A stretch of 64,000 bases of DNA, taken from contig CAVXSF010000008.1 in NCBI GenBank assembly GCA_963764345.1, positions 206,706 through 270,705 of the forward strand. Direction: 5' to 3'. This document shows positions 30,396 through 41,351 of the stretch, piece after piece. This stretch comes from an uncultured Bacteroidales bacterium. Lineage in GTDB: Bacteria; Bacteroidota; Bacteroidia; Bacteroidales; GCA-2748055. Position 1 is the first letter of the stretch, and each line of letters begins with the position of its first letter. The notes beneath the pieces were generated by a model. It was not told the origin of the DNA, searched no databases, and saw only the letters and a program-made list of their open reading frames with translations. A program made the translations under genes and the position numbers.

Positions 30396-31334
30396 ATGGA
30401 ATACCTGTATGCCTTACTGGGTTTTGCTTTACTTATCGGTAGCGGAAAGTACCTGGTCAGGGGCAGCGTATCACTGGCACAGCATTTCAAAATTTCCACA
30501 CTGGTCATAGGGGTCACCGTGGTAGCTTTCGGAACCTCGGCACCCGAACTTCTGGTCAGTATTCAGGCGGCACTGAAAGGCTATCCCGAAATGTCAGTCG
30601 GAAATGTTGTGGGTTCAAATATTTCCAATATCGGACTCGTTCTGGCGATTACCGCCATCATCCTGCCTCTTCGGGTAAACAGGAACTCGATACTTATCGA
30701 CTGGCCCGTCATGATGGCTGTCAGTATCCTGTTTTATCTCATTGTACGAAATCATATATTGAGCCGGCCTGAAGGACTGGTTTTCTTTCTCCTGCTCGTG
30801 GTATACGTGGTATTTTCTCTGAGAATGTCCCGAAAACAAATGAGAACAAGCGGTAAAATCCGCCCAAAACCGGATATGGGCATTCCGTTTTCACTGTTTC
30901 TCGTCATCGCTTCCTGTGCCGGACTGGTTGCCGGTTCAAGTCTGCTGGTGAACAATGCCGCGATCCTGGCCCGTGATTTTGGTATAAGTGAACGGGTTAT
31001 TTCCATAACCATGCTGGCAATAGGTACCAGCACTCCTGAACTGGTAACATCGGTTATGGCCGCGATTCAAAAGGAACCTGATATTTCTGTGGGGAATATC
31101 ATTGGTTCGAATATATTTAATATTCTGAGTGTCCTTGGTATAACGGCTATCATCAAACCAATACGGTTGTCGGCGGTCATGGTGAATGTCGATATTCTGT
31201 GGATGATGGCTATCACAGTGCTTCTCGCCGTATTGCTTATCCCTTTCAGAAAGCCAAGGTTAAGCAGGGTCGACGGTTTTATTTTATTATTCGTCTATGT
31301 GGTATATATTTACCTTGTAATCCACAAAGGCTGA
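30396..31334 (+). CDS. Calcium/sodium antiporter (CaCA / YrbG family)
   Basis: Two alpha-repeat motifs (GTSAPELLVS and GTSTPELVTS; GNVVGSNISNI and GNIIGSNIFNI). Confidence 0.85.
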   Translation: MEYLYALLGFALLIGSGKYLVRGSVSLAQHFKISTLVIGVTVVAFGTSAPELLVSIQAALKGYPEMSVGNVVGSNISNIGLVLAITAIILPLRVNRNSILIDWPVMMAVSILFYLIVRNHILSRPEGLVFFLLLVVYVVFSLRMSRKQMRTSGKIRPKPDMGIPFSLFLVIASCAGLVAGSSLLVNNAAILARDFGISERVISITMLAIGTSTPELVTSVMAAIQKEPDISVGNIIGSNIFNILSVLGITAIIKPIRLSAVMVNVDILWMMAITVLLAVLLIPFRKPRLSRVDGFILLFVYVVYIYLVIHKG

Positions 31335-31347
31335 AATGTAACAGATT

Positions 31348-32001
31348 ATGATCATTATTGATAACATAGAAAAAAATTTTGGAGACCTTAAGGTTCTGAA
31401 AGGCATCAATCTGAGAATAGAGAAACGGGAGATCGTTTCCATTGTCGGCGCCAGCGGTGCCGGGAAAACCACCCTGCTTCAGATTATCGGTACATTGCTT
31501 CCGTTTGACAAAGGTAAAGTGATCATTAATGGAGCTGATATCAACAGTTTAAATGAAAAGCAACTGGCCAGGTTCAGAAATCAGAATATTGGTTTCGTTT
31601 TCCAGTTTCACCATCTGTTACCGGAATTTAACGCTTTCGAAAACGTATGTATTCCTGGCTATATTTCCGGTTCACCACGGTCAAAGGTCGAGTCAAGAGC
31701 CCGGGAATTGCTGGGACTGCTCAATCTGGACGACCGGCTTGATCATAAACCGTCTGAACTGTCGGGTGGTGAACAGCAACGGGTTGCTGTTGCCAGGGCG
31801 CTGATCAACAGTCCGGCCGTGATTCTTGCCGATGAACCCTCCGGAAACCTTGACAGCCAGAACAAAAAGGAGTTGCATTCCATGTTTTTCAGCCTGAGGG
31901 AAAAACTGGGACAGACCATTGTCATCGTTACCCATGACCCTGAACTGGCAGAGATGGCAGACCGGAAACTGATCATCCATGACGGGGTGATTGCCGGCTG
32001 A
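31348..32001 (+). CDS. ABC transporter ATP-binding protein (LolD/MacB-ATPase-like)
   Basis: Walker [10 protein letters not shown], signature [15 protein letters not shown], Walker [12 protein letters not shown]. Confidence 0.85.
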   Translation: MIIIDNIEKNFGDLKVLKGINLRIEKREIVSIVGASGAGKTTLLQIIGTLLPFDKGKVIINGADINSLNEKQLARFRNQNIGFVFQFHHLLPEFNAFENVCIPGYISGSPRSKVESRARELLGLLNLDDRLDHKPSELSGGEQQRVAVARALINSPAVILADEPSGNLDSQNKKELHSMFFSLREKLGQTIVIVTHDPELAEMADRKLIIHDGVIAG

Positions 32002-32198
32002 AGCAGACAACAGGAAGAAACCTGAAAGCCCGTAGAAGCAGGGCATGGACCTTTGTACCCTGATCATGAAAGGGCTTGTACCCGGCGGCATGGATAGTTT
32101 ATTATTCCTGTATTGAAAATGCTGTCCACAGAGCTTTTCCCGGGTTGGTGAAGCCGTTAAAATAAAGGTCTCCTGTTGATAACCTTAATGACATCGAT

Positions 32199-32972
32199 TT
32201 GAAAGAGAAGGAACTGAAGAAATGGCTTGATGAGTATTACGATTACTTTGACCGTAAATCTTTCATCCCGACCGATCCCATCCAGGTGCCGCATGCCTTT
32301 GAATCAGCCGGTGATATTGAAATTGCCGCTTTTCTCACTGCCGTCATTGCCTGGGGACAACGCCCGGTGATCATTAAAAATGCAACCTGGCTGGTTGACA
32401 GTATGCCCGACGGTCCTTATCAGTTTATCTTACACGCCGGAGAGCAGGAGCTGGAATATTTTTCAGTATTCCGGCACCGGACCTTCAACGGCACCGATTG
32501 TGTTTTTTTTCTCAGATCACTCCAAAATATTTATAAAAACTGTGGCGGTCTTAAAGAGGTGTTCAGTGAAGGATTTAACCTCTATGGAAATATCCCCGGT
32601 GCGATCCGGCATTTCAGAAATGTATTTTTCAGTATCCCTTTTCCTGAAAGAAGCCTTAAGCATCTTCCCGACCTTGAAAAAAATGCTGCCGCCAAACGCA
32701 TCAACATGTTCCTGCGATGGATGATCAGACGCGATGAACGGGGTGTGGATTTTGGCTTATGGGATTCAATACCCCCTTCGGCCCTGTACATTCCCCTCGA
32801 TGTCCATTCCGGGAAAGTGGCCAGGGAACTGGGACTTCTCAGGCGAAAACAGAATGACTGGAAAGCCGTCAGTGAGCTGACACTCAGATTGCGGACTTTC
32901 GACCGGGATGATCCTGTAAAATATGATTTTGCCCTTTTTGGGATCAGTGCACTCGAAAAATGGGTTGAATAA
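32199..32972 (+). CDS. TIGR02757 (DUF2400) family protein
   Basis: DPIQVPH...DIEIAAFLTAVIAWGQR and PLDVHSGKVAR motifs are typical of this family as I recall it. The start codon is uncertain. Confidence 0.6.
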   Translation: MKEKELKKWLDEYYDYFDRKSFIPTDPIQVPHAFESAGDIEIAAFLTAVIAWGQRPVIIKNATWLVDSMPDGPYQFILHAGEQELEYFSVFRHRTFNGTDCVFFLRSLQNIYKNCGGLKEVFSEGFNLYGNIPGAIRHFRNVFFSIPFPERSLKHLPDLEKNAAAKRINMFLRWMIRRDERGVDFGLWDSIPPSALYIPLDVHSGKVARELGLLRRKQNDWKAVSELTLRLRTFDRDDPVKYDFALFGISALEKWVE

Positions 32973-33688
32973 TGGCAAACGACTGGTTCAGATTTAAACA
33001 GTTCATGGTGAAGCAGGATAAAACCGCCATGAAAGTCGGTACCGATGGTGTTCTCCTTGGGTCCTGGGCAGGAGTGGAGAATCCCGCAAGGATCCTCGAC
33101 ATTGGCACCGGAACCGGACTGATAGCCCTGATGATGGCTCAGAGATATCCTTCTGCCACTGTCGATGCGGTTGAAATCGATAAGGATGCGGCGGGTCAGG
33201 CCGCAGAAAACTTCAGGCATTCAGCGTGGGATGACCGACTGAGTATTCATCACCAAAGCTTACGGGAATTTGCCGTTGACAGGAAAAGGGATTATGATCT
33301 TATTGTCAGCAATCCCCCCTATTTCAGCCGTTCCATGAAGGCTCCCGGCAAAGGAAGGACCCTGGCCAGGCATGATGACCTGCTTTCAAAGGAGGAACTA
33401 TTACAGGATGTTGTCAGACTGCTGAAACCGGAAGGTGTATTTGCAGTGATCCTTCCCTTCGGGAGTTCGGCAGAATTTATATCCATTGCAACGGGACTGT
33501 TGCTGTTTCCCCAAAAGGGGTTAAAAGTCAGGCCTGTACCAGGCAGACCTTTTGCCAGGATATTGATCAGCTTCAGCTTTACTGCAGGAGAGTTTCATGA
33601 AGACGAAATCATCATTGAATCCGGTGGAAGGCATGTATACTCGGAAGAATATATCCGGCTGACAAAAGACTTTTACCTTGCCTTCTGA
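32972..33688 (+). CDS. tRNA (adenine-N6)-methyltransferase, TrmN6/YfiC-like
   Basis: FRFKQF..DKTAMKVGTDGVLLG, SAM motif LDIGTGTGL, catalytic NPPYF. TAATG coupling to the upstream gene. Confidence 0.8.
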   Translation: MANDWFRFKQFMVKQDKTAMKVGTDGVLLGSWAGVENPARILDIGTGTGLIALMMAQRYPSATVDAVEIDKDAAGQAAENFRHSAWDDRLSIHHQSLREFAVDRKRDYDLIVSNPPYFSRSMKAPGKGRTLARHDDLLSKEELLQDVVRLLKPEGVFAVILPFGSSAEFISIATGLLLFPQKGLKVRPVPGRPFARILISFSFTAGEFHEDEIIIESGGRHVYSEEYIRLTKDFYLAF

Positions 33689-33709
33689 CTTCAACTCCCG
33701 GAACCTTAC

Positions 33710-35047
33710 TTAAGATATCCTGATGTCATTCTCTTCAAAACGGATCCCGAACTTAACCAGTTCTTTCAGGACAGGTTCATACACTTGCTTCTGCACCGGG
33801 ATATGTACACCTGTCAGGTCTATTTTACCCTGAAGGATCAGTTTGGACGTGATGCCCAGAGGTAGTCCCACACCTTTTGACATAGCCGAGAGATGGGAGT
33901 TTTCACCTTTAATCACGAGGGTGGAATACAGCTTGCGGTGACTGCCAAGCCGGATATAATCAAACTGGTGTTGCATGACAATCAGATCTTTATCTTCCGG
34001 TTCCATTTTCCATTTTCTTTCGAGGATATGCTGAAGGACCTGGGCCGGTGTAAGATCCGGTACACCGATGACTTCATCGCTGAACAGACCAAGCCATTCG
34101 AGCTTTTTCATGATCTCCGACTTCTCAGAAATGCCAAGGTAGTGAGCCACCTTGGTTTCGACAGGATCAACCATATTATAGGCCAGGAAGCTGTTGGTAA
34201 ATTCACGGCAGGTCATGATCTCCGTTCCGGCCATGGTGTAGGAATCGTCGGTGGCCCCGAGCTGCACCAGGGTATTCCAGGCTTCACAAAAACCCGGGCG
34301 TCGGATGGTTCCCCGGAACATGGTCATTAAGTCACTTAACCCGTACGAATCCTGGTACTTCAGTGAATCGCGATTAGGATAAACCTCAAACTGACCCAGC
34401 CCCGGGATGTCAATCACTTCGTACCGGCTGAAAATTTTATGGTAAGGAATATATTTGAATTTGCCGTTATGCATGAACCTGGCTCCCCTTTGCCCTGCCA
34501 GGACCACATTCCTGGGATTCCAGGTGAATTTGTACCGCCATGGATTGTTATCGTAATTCGGGGCTACAAGTCCTCCCGTGGCTGACTCAAAGGCGATAAG
34601 CTGGTCGCCGTTTTCCCTGATCCGGTCGATGACCTGCATAGCCGATATATGATCTATTCCGGGATCCACTCCGGTTTCATTCATTAACAGGACACCTTTT
34701 TCCCTTGCACTTCTGTCGAGAGACTCAATTTCGGGTGAGACATAAGAAGCCGTGACCATATTCTTTCCATACCTTACACATTCGAGAGCTATCCGGTAAT
34801 GAAACTTTGCCGGCAGCATGGAAATTACAAGGTCGGCTCCATGGATCTCTTTACCAGGCTGCTCCGGATCATCAGCATTGAAAAATATGGCCTCCCCATG
34901 AGCATGGCCTTTAATTTTTTCTCTTGCCAGATCGACCGATACATCCCCTAGACGGATCTGCCAGTCATATTTTACGGCATTTTCCAGCATATAACTGATC
35001 AGGGTGGAGGATGATAACCCTGCACCCAGAATAAGAATGGTTTTCAT
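33710..35047 (-). CDS. Saccharopine dehydrogenase family oxidoreductase
   Basis: MKTILILGAGLSS Rossmann N-terminus and a conserved C-terminal homodimer-type domain. The ATG at 35047 is preferred over the track start. Confidence 0.75.
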   Translation of the reverse strand: MKTILILGAGLSSSTLISYMLENAVKYDWQIRLGDVSVDLAREKIKGHAHGEAIFFNADDPEQPGKEIHGADLVISMLPAKFHYRIALECVRYGKNMVTASYVSPEIESLDRSAREKGVLLMNETGVDPGIDHISAMQVIDRIRENGDQLIAFESATGGLVAPNYDNNPWRYKFTWNPRNVVLAGQRGARFMHNGKFKYIPYHKIFSRYEVIDIPGLGQFEVYPNRDSLKYQDSYGLSDLMTMFRGTIRRPGFCEAWNTLVQLGATDDSYTMAGTEIMTCREFTNSFLAYNMVDPVETKVAHYLGISEKSEIMKKLEWLGLFSDEVIGVPDLTPAQVLQHILERKWKMEPEDKDLIVMQHQFDYIRLGSHRKLYSTLVIKGENSHLSAMSKGVGLPLGITSKLILQGKIDLTGVHIPVQKQVYEPVLKELVKFGIRFEENDIRIS

Positions 35048-35334
35048 AATGGAATGGTGTTTTATCCCTGTCAAAAATAAGTCTAATGTGTTCAGTTTAA
35101 AGTAAAGATTATGTCTTTTAAAACATATAGGGGTATGTTGTATAAAAGGGCACTGATTAACAGATATTGGTATGTCCAGTCCATAAGTTTCTGTTTCAGG
35201 ATAGTCCCGTTTTTAGCTTTGCCAGTTGTACTGAATGCTCATGGCTTTAGCCTGTCGGGCTGCGTCAGAAAATCATTTACCGGGATATCGGAAAAATGGT
35301 TTCCTACTCTTTTCAAAAACTCATCTTTTAGTTA

Positions 35335-35342
35335 TATTTTTG
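35335..35342 (+). promoter_or_regulatory. Candidate -7 box (TAnnTTTG) upstream of mutS
   Basis: TATTTTTG lies 23 nt upstream of the GTG start. Motif match only. Confidence 0.3.
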
Positions 35343-35364
35343 TTAACCAAACCAGGAGGACCCC

Positions 35365-37983
35365 GTGGCTGATATCCCGAAGAAATACGTGGACACACCG
35401 TTGATGAAACAATTCTATGCCATCAAGGCTAAACATCCTGATGCGGTTCTTCTTTTTCGTGTGGGGGACTTTTATGAGACCTTCGGTGATGATGCTATCC
35501 GTGCTTCTGAAATCCTTGGTATCACTCTCACCCGCAGGGCCAACGGTTCGGCATCCTACGTTGAACTGGCCGGCTTCCCTCATCATGCTCTCGATACGTA
35601 CCTTCCCAAACTTGTCAGGGCAGGGCAGAGGGTGGCCATCTGTGATCAGCTTGAAGATCCCAAACTGACAAAAACCATTGTTAAAAGAGGCATCACCGAA
35701 CTTGTTACACCAGGGGTGAGCCTGAACGAGAATGTCCTTGAAAACCGGGAAAATAATTTTCTTGGCAGCGTTTTTATGGAGAAAAAAGTTGCCGGTGTGG
35801 CTTTTCTTGATATCTCTACTGGTGAATTTCTGACAGCTGAGGGCAGTTTCGAATATATCGATAAACTCCTCAGCAGTTTTCAGCCGAAAGAAGTACTCAT
35901 AGAAAAACGCCGCCAGACCCAGTTTCGTGAAGTCTTCGGTAACCAGTATTATGTCTCTGCCCTCGATGACTGGGTTTTTACCGTGCAGAATGCCAGCGAA
36001 AGGCTTCTGAAACAATTTGAGACAGCCACCCTGAAAGGATTTGGTGTGGAGAACCTGCAGTATGGGATCATTGCCGCCGGGGCTGTTCTGCAATATCTCG
36101 AATTTACTGAACATCATCATTCAGGGCATATCTCTAAATTGTCCCGGATTGAAGAAGACCATTATGTATGGCTCGACCGGTTTACCATTCGCAACCTTGA
36201 AATTTTCAGGTCGATATATGATGAGGGGAAGGCACTGATTGATATTCTTGACCATACAACCACGCCCATGGGCTCCCGTCTGCTGAGGCGCTGGCTTGCC
36301 CTGCCACTGAAGGATATTGATCCCCTCGAGGAGAGGCTGGATATTGTAAGCTACTTTTCGGGTGATGAAGACCAGGCTCTGGAATTGAAAAGCAAGCTCA
36401 AAGTAGTGGGGGATCTGGAACGGGTCATCTCGCGGGTGGCTCTGCGCAGGGTGACTCCCCGTGACCTTGTCCAGCTTAAAACGGCTCTTGCAACCATCGG
36501 ACCACTCCGGGAATTTTGTGCGGCTTCGGGAATAAAGGCGCTTCAAAACCTTGGACAACAACTTAATCCGTGTGACGAGGTACACGACCGGATCGGGAAG
36601 GAAATCGTGAATGATCCCCCCAACATGGTGAGTAAAGGCGGGACCATCTCAAAAGGCGTCTCCGGTGAACTCGATGAGCTCAGGGAAATGATGCATTCGG
36701 GGAAGAATTACCTGCAGGACCTGCAGCAACGCGAAAGCGAGAGAACGGGAATATCATCCCTAAAAGTGGCCTTCAACAACGTTTTTGGTTATTATATTGA
36801 AGTACGGAACACACATAAAGATAAGGTTCCCCCGGAATGGATCCGGAAACAGACCCTGGTAAGTGCCGAACGCTATATTACCAGTGAACTTAAAGACTAC
36901 GAAACAAAAATTCTTGGCGCCGAGGAAAAAAGCCTTGCACTTGAGACACAGATTTTCCTGGATCTTGTGAACTACATTGCCGGTTATGTATCTGCCATTC
37001 AGATTAACGCGGGTGTTCTTGCTACGATGGACTGCCTCCTGTCATTCGGTCTGCAGGCCCTGGAAAATCATTACATCAGGCCGGAGTTGAACGATTCCGA
37101 TACCATTGACATCCGCCAGGGCCGCCACCCGGTGATAGAGAAACAACTGCCCCTGGATGAGAAGTATATTGCTAACGACGTTTATCTTGACCGGGATGAC
37201 CAACAGATCATCATCCTGACCGGTCCGAATATGTCAGGTAAATCGGCTCTCCTTAGACAAACAGCCCTGATAGTGCTCCTGGCTCAGATCGGGAGTTTTG
37301 TGCCGGCTGAAAAAGCCAGCATCGGGATGGTGGATAAGATCTTCACCAGGGTAGGGGCTTCCGATAATATTTCACTCGGGGAATCCACCTTCATGGTTGA
37401 AATGCTCGAAGCTGCGAGTATTTTAAATAATCTCTCCGGGAAAAGCCTTATCATCCTCGATGAGATCGGTCGCGGGACAAGCACATACGACGGCATTTCC
37501 ATCGCCTGGGCTATGGTGGAATATATTCACGAAAATCCCAGGCACAGGGCAAAAACTTTGTTTGCAACTCACTATCATGAGTTGAATGAAATGGAGACAT
37601 CATTCCCCAGGGTAAAAAATTATCATATAGCCATAAAAGAGCTGGAAGATAAGGTGATATTTCTTCGTAAACTCATGCGGGGTGGAAGCGAACACAGCTT
37701 TGGAATCCATGTCGCAAGGATGGCAGGGATGCCTAAATCGGTGGTAAAAAGGGCAAATGAAATCCTTGCGGAACTTGAAAAATCCCACGAGAAAAAGTCA
37801 CTTACTAAGCCGGTGTCCGACCTCGCCTCACACAGGGAAGGTTTCCAGATGAGCATCTTTCAGCTCGATGATCCTGTGTTGAAACAAATCCGGGATGAAA
37901 TAAAAAACGTGGATATCAATAATCTTACTCCTGTTCAGGCTCTGAACAAGCTCTACGAAATAAAAAAACTGACCGGATTGTAA
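35365..37983 (+). CDS. mutS: DNA mismatch repair protein MutS
   Basis: [31 protein letters not shown]-terminus, Walker [21 protein letters not shown], and HATHYHEL-like [10 protein letters not shown]. Confidence 0.97.
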   Translation: MADIPKKYVDTPLMKQFYAIKAKHPDAVLLFRVGDFYETFGDDAIRASEILGITLTRRANGSASYVELAGFPHHALDTYLPKLVRAGQRVAICDQLEDPKLTKTIVKRGITELVTPGVSLNENVLENRENNFLGSVFMEKKVAGVAFLDISTGEFLTAEGSFEYIDKLLSSFQPKEVLIEKRRQTQFREVFGNQYYVSALDDWVFTVQNASERLLKQFETATLKGFGVENLQYGIIAAGAVLQYLEFTEHHHSGHISKLSRIEEDHYVWLDRFTIRNLEIFRSIYDEGKALIDILDHTTTPMGSRLLRRWLALPLKDIDPLEERLDIVSYFSGDEDQALELKSKLKVVGDLERVISRVALRRVTPRDLVQLKTALATIGPLREFCAASGIKALQNLGQQLNPCDEVHDRIGKEIVNDPPNMVSKGGTISKGVSGELDELREMMHSGKNYLQDLQQRESERTGISSLKVAFNNVFGYYIEVRNTHKDKVPPEWIRKQTLVSAERYITSELKDYETKILGAEEKSLALETQIFLDLVNYIAGYVSAIQINAGVLATMDCLLSFGLQALENHYIRPELNDSDTIDIRQGRHPVIEKQLPLDEKYIANDVYLDRDDQQIIILTGPNMSGKSALLRQTALIVLLAQIGSFVPAEKASIGMVDKIFTRVGASDNISLGESTFMVEMLEAASILNNLSGKSLIILDEIGRGTSTYDGISIAWAMVEYIHENPRHRAKTLFATHYHELNEMETSFPRVKNYHIAIKELEDKVIFLRKLMRGGSEHSFGIHVARMAGMPKSVVKRANEILAELEKSHEKKSLTKPVSDLASHREGFQMSIFQLDDPVLKQIRDEIKNVDINNLTPVQALNKLYEIKKLTGL

Positions 37984-38001
37984 TGAGCCCGGTCAGTTTT
38001 A
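37970..38001. terminator. Bidirectional hairpin terminator between convergent mutS and the hydrolase gene
   Basis: CTGACCGG / CCGGTCAG stem with an A-run on one side and a T-run on the other. It overlaps the mutS stop. Confidence 0.45.
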
Positions 38002-39177
38002 TCAACTCAGAAAGACTGCGGCTTTCCGGAAAGTTTTATCAAAAGCCTCATCAACACGGTCTCTGATATCCCTTACTCTGAAAGGAAATGGCATTTCATG
38101 TGAATAAGGATAGTTGAAATCGTACACATCCATATTTACAGGAAGTTTGTTGCCTTTACCCATCAGGGTTGATCCTATTGAGGCAGGAGGAATAACCCTG
38201 TCCTTCAGGAGGGAGATAGCGTAGATCTGGCGGGAATGCTTTCCAAAGACCTGTTCACGGATCTTTCTGAATCGGTCTGGTGCGATCATCGAACGAAAAG
38301 CCATACCAATCTGACTGTTATTAAAGAACTCTGAAAACACACCAGCTTTGTTTATATTTTCTTCAAGTTCATTTTTATAGTAATGCTGAATTCTCTCGTT
38401 GGCTGTCGGATCAATGATGACCCGGGATATTCCGTTCATCTGGCAGAACAGCGATCCCGCACAAAACAATAAAAGTCTTGAACGGTTTAACAGCCCGTCC
38501 GGGTTGGAGATGAACAATACCTGTGCTAAAAGTCCGCCGATTGAATAAGCAAAAAAGTCAGAGCCGGTGCCTTTTTCAAAAAGAGGATGTCCCCCTGAGA
38601 AAATCGTTCCCAAAAGGCTCCGGAGATCGATGGCAGTTTGCAGGCCTGCGAGAAACAGACGTTCCGGTGTTTCCGTGAGCCTTTCACTCAGAGCCAGGTT
38701 TATGTATGTCGACAGATGAGGATCGGCTGTGTACTTCTGACGGCGGAAAACAACTTTATCGTTCATGAAACGCGGATCAAGCCAGTTGGGCAGGCTTCGG
38801 TTTATATGAAAGGACGTGGGAAAAATGAGGACCGGCTTTCCCGTTTGTTCGGCAAGGTAATGTGCCCATGCCAGGTACTTGTCCCATTTCCGTTCATTGA
38901 GACCGTGGAGCATGATAATTACCCGGTTACCACTCCTGTTTTCCGGCATGAAAACCGGGTATACAAAATGCTTGTTCTGTTGAATGAGCCCGTCGGATTC
39001 CGCACCAGGTATGACTTCACGCATGCGGGAAAGGAAAAGCGACTCCTGATTGCCGGGTTGTACAACCGACTCAAAAGGCAGGAAATGCACATTTACGGAT
39101 GTTCCCTCAATGATATTTGTGGCAAGTGAAGGATCAAAATACTTGAGAAGGATCTCCTGTCTTTCGGTGAAGTTCAT
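38002..39177 (-). CDS. Hypothetical alpha/beta-hydrolase-fold protein
   Basis: IIMLHGLNERKWDKY (HG oxyanion region) and a nucleophile-elbow-like FFAYSIGGLLA. I do not recognise a more specific family. Confidence 0.5.
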   Translation of the reverse strand: MNFTERQEILLKYFDPSLATNIIEGTSVNVHFLPFESVVQPGNQESLFLSRMREVIPGAESDGLIQQNKHFVYPVFMPENRSGNRVIIMLHGLNERKWDKYLAWAHYLAEQTGKPVLIFPTSFHINRSLPNWLDPRFMNDKVVFRRQKYTADPHLSTYINLALSERLTETPERLFLAGLQTAIDLRSLLGTIFSGGHPLFEKGTGSDFFAYSIGGLLAQVLFISNPDGLLNRSRLLLFCAGSLFCQMNGISRVIIDPTANERIQHYYKNELEENINKAGVFSEFFNNSQIGMAFRSMIAPDRFRKIREQVFGKHSRQIYAISLLKDRVIPPASIGSTLMGKGNKLPVNMDVYDFNYPYSHEMPFPFRVRDIRDRVDEAFDKTFRKAAVFLS

Positions 39178-39250
39178 TTATGGGGCTGTTTGATACAAAG
39201 TTATGTGACAGGTATGACATTAAAAAAGAAATGGGATTTGCCGGCATGTT

Positions 39251-39338
39251 CAGGGGCGAAATTCAAAATCCAGGGGCGGAATTCAGCAATGCGGGGTAAA
39301 TTCAGGATTCTATTAAAATTGCCGGGGTGAAAGATTCA
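39251..39338 (+). promoter_or_regulatory. Four GGGG-N-(A)AATTCA direct repeats, three at 20-nt spacing, upstream of the LytTR gene
   Basis: CAGGGGCGAAATTCA (39251), CAGGGGCGGAATTCA (39271), GCGGGGTAAATTCA (39291) and CCGGGGTGAAAGATTCA (39322). A TACATTTG -7 box follows at 39350-39357. Confidence 0.4.
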
Positions 39339-39374
39339 GATAAAAAGAATACATTTGTTTGAAAATTTGGTCAA

Positions 39375-40233
39375 ATGACATTCTTTGAGAGCAAAATACC
39401 GGGCTTCCTGACCGACAAGAAAAATACGATCAGGCAGATTCTCTTTACGGCGGTGTTTGCCCTGATATTCATCAACCTGTATTCACCATTCGGAGTGAAT
39501 ACGTGGTACGATGTAACCAATCCACAGCTTTTCTTTTATTCCAGCCTGGTTATTCTGACCGGATTGCTGGTCATTGCCCTGAGCCGGATCCTCATGTTGT
39601 GGGTGGCCAGAAAAAAACCCCTGAATACCGGAGCCTATATCGGATGGATTGCCATGGAGATCGTCACCCTGGCTATCGTATATGTTATCCTCAGAATGAT
39701 TTTTGTGTCAAGGATCACTGATATTCTCATGGCGTTCCGGGAATCGCTGAAACTGACGTCACTGGTACTGTTATTTCCCTATACCTTGACTTTCCTTTAC
39801 TTTTCCTGGCAGGAAAAAAACCGGAAACTTGCCGAGCTTTCCGAAACCGGGCCAACAATAAATATTTCCAAGCCGGTCATGATGTCTTTCAGGGATGAGA
39901 AAGGGGATCTCCGCTTTTCGGTTAAAAATGAAGACCTGCTTTTCCTTGAAGCAGCCGATAATTATGTGGTCGTTCATTATCTGGACGGCAATAAAAGATC
40001 GAAATACCTGATCCGGAATTCTTTAAAAAATCTCGAAAATACAATTACGTGACATGACCGTTCTGAGATGTCACCGGTCTTATATTGTAAATTTTGAGAG
40101 AGTCAGAATCTTAAGAAAAGAAAAGGATGGTCTGGTCCTTGAACTTGACACTTCAGACCGGCAGACTTTACCGATTTCCCGTTCTTATGTGGAGGAAGTG
40201 ATGCGATTGTTCTCAGCATTCACACAAGGTTGA
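39375..40233 (+). pseudogene. Membrane-anchored LytTR-domain DNA-binding protein, frame broken near 40041
   Basis: Four TM helices are followed by the LytTR start (LLFLEAADNYVVVHYLDG..YLIRNSLKNLEN). The track ORF stops at 40052, but the next frame continues QLRDMTVLRCHRSYIVNFERVRIL...LPISRSYVEEV, the conserved LytTR end. Confidence 0.8.
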
Positions 40234-40348
40234 CCGTCTTGTTATTTCATGATAAAAAAACTTTTTTCTTTTGCGGAATCAAAAATTCATTTAAATTTGC
40301 AATCCCAATCAGGGAGAACGTTCTGAAGATAAGTTCTTATTTGTTCAT

Positions 40349-40421
<73 letters not shown>

Positions 40422-40427
40422 CAAGGA

Positions 40428-40491
40428 AGTTGTTTAATTGTTGAGTCGTTTAGTTGTTTAGTTGTTTAGTTGTTTAGGTGTTGGTTCAGGG
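40428..40491. repeat. 8-nt tandem array (AGTTGTTT-type, about 8 units)
   Basis: agttgttt aattgttg agtcgttt agttgttt agttgttt agttgttt aggtgttg, starting 7 nt after tRNA-Gly. Confidence 0.9.
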
Positions 40492-40952
40492 TTCATGCTT
40501 TGCTACGCAGGACTGGCAGGATTAATTAACCTTGAACTGATAATACATGATTGATCCAATCCCCCTTCCTGCAAGAATATAATTATTTGCAATTTCGATC
40601 ATCCGGTTCTTTCAAAAGCTGCACAACAATGATCAATCTTGAATTATCGGTAAGCAGTTCCTTCGATCCGGTACTTCCATGGTCTCAAACTAAAGGGCAG
40701 CCTGCTGTTCAAGATCCGACCAGGAATTTTACTCTGAATATATATTGTTGTTGAAGAAATAGACGAAACTGTTTTTTAGATTGAGTTATTACCGGAATCA
40801 GGAATTTCTTAGAATTTAAGTACAGATGATCTGAAAACAGAAGCCTAAAGACCTTTACGTATATTCGCCTCCTCTCGTAAATATGTAAAAAACAGACTTG
40901 AAGCCAGGAAAATATAACATTTGACTTTGTTACAACTTAAACCATTTCAAAT

Positions 40953-41008
40953 CAACGACTTAACAACTCAATGACTCAACAACTCAACAACTCAACGACT
41001 CAACAAAT
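40953..41008. repeat. 8-nt tandem array (CAACAACT-type, about 7 units), reverse complement of the 40428 array
   Basis: caacgact taacaact caatgact caacaact caacaact caacgact caacaaat, ending 7 nt before tRNA-Leu. Confidence 0.9.
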
Positions 41009-41014
41009 AAATCC

Positions 41015-41101
41015 GCCCGGATGGCGGAATAGGTAGACGCGCTGGACTTAAAATCCAGTGGCCAGAAATGGCCGTACCGGTTCGATTCCGGTTCCGGGTA
41101 C
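41015..41101 (+). tRNA. tRNA-Leu (anticodon TAA)
   Basis: Acceptor GCCCGGA/TCCGGGT (G1-U72 wobble), anticodon loop CTTAAAA, a long variable arm, T-arm ACCGGTTCGATTCCGGT. Confidence 0.9.
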
Positions 41102-41110
41102 ACTACATGA

Positions 41111-41141
41111 CCATGGCATAAAGCTGCCATGGTTTTTTTAT
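41111..41141 (+). terminator. Rho-independent terminator after tRNA-Leu
   Basis: ACCATGGCA / TGCCATGGT stem followed by a T7 run. Confidence 0.7.
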
Positions 41142-41351
41142 TTAAAGGCGTCTGTCCCTTCCGATCAGAAAGTACAGAAACGCTCCGAGGAAGGGCAGAA
41201 AGATGATCATCAGAACCCATACGACCTTATCATTTCCCTCAAAGCGGCTGGTCAGGACATCAATCAGGGCTACCAGCGGAAAAAGAGCGATGAAGAAGAT
41301 GATAAACAGAATACCAAGAACTCCGCCTACTCCAAAAAAGCAAGGTATCAT
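41142..41351 (-). CDS. PLD-nuclease N-terminal (PLDc_N) domain small membrane protein
   Basis: Two TM helices and the C-terminal signature KVVWVLMIIFLPFLGAFLYFLIGR. The internal ATG at 41351 is preferred over the track start. Confidence 0.65.
   Translation of the reverse strand: MIPCFFGVGGVLGILFIIFFIALFPLVALIDVLTSRFEGNDKVVWVLMIIFLPFLGAFLYFLIGRDRRL

Noticed and set aside
40422-41014. An integrated element using tRNA-Gly or tRNA-Leu as an attachment site
   Set aside because: There is no integrase, no duplicated tRNA 3' end and no cargo ORF. The interval is only about 590 bp and consists of arrays plus anonymous sequence.
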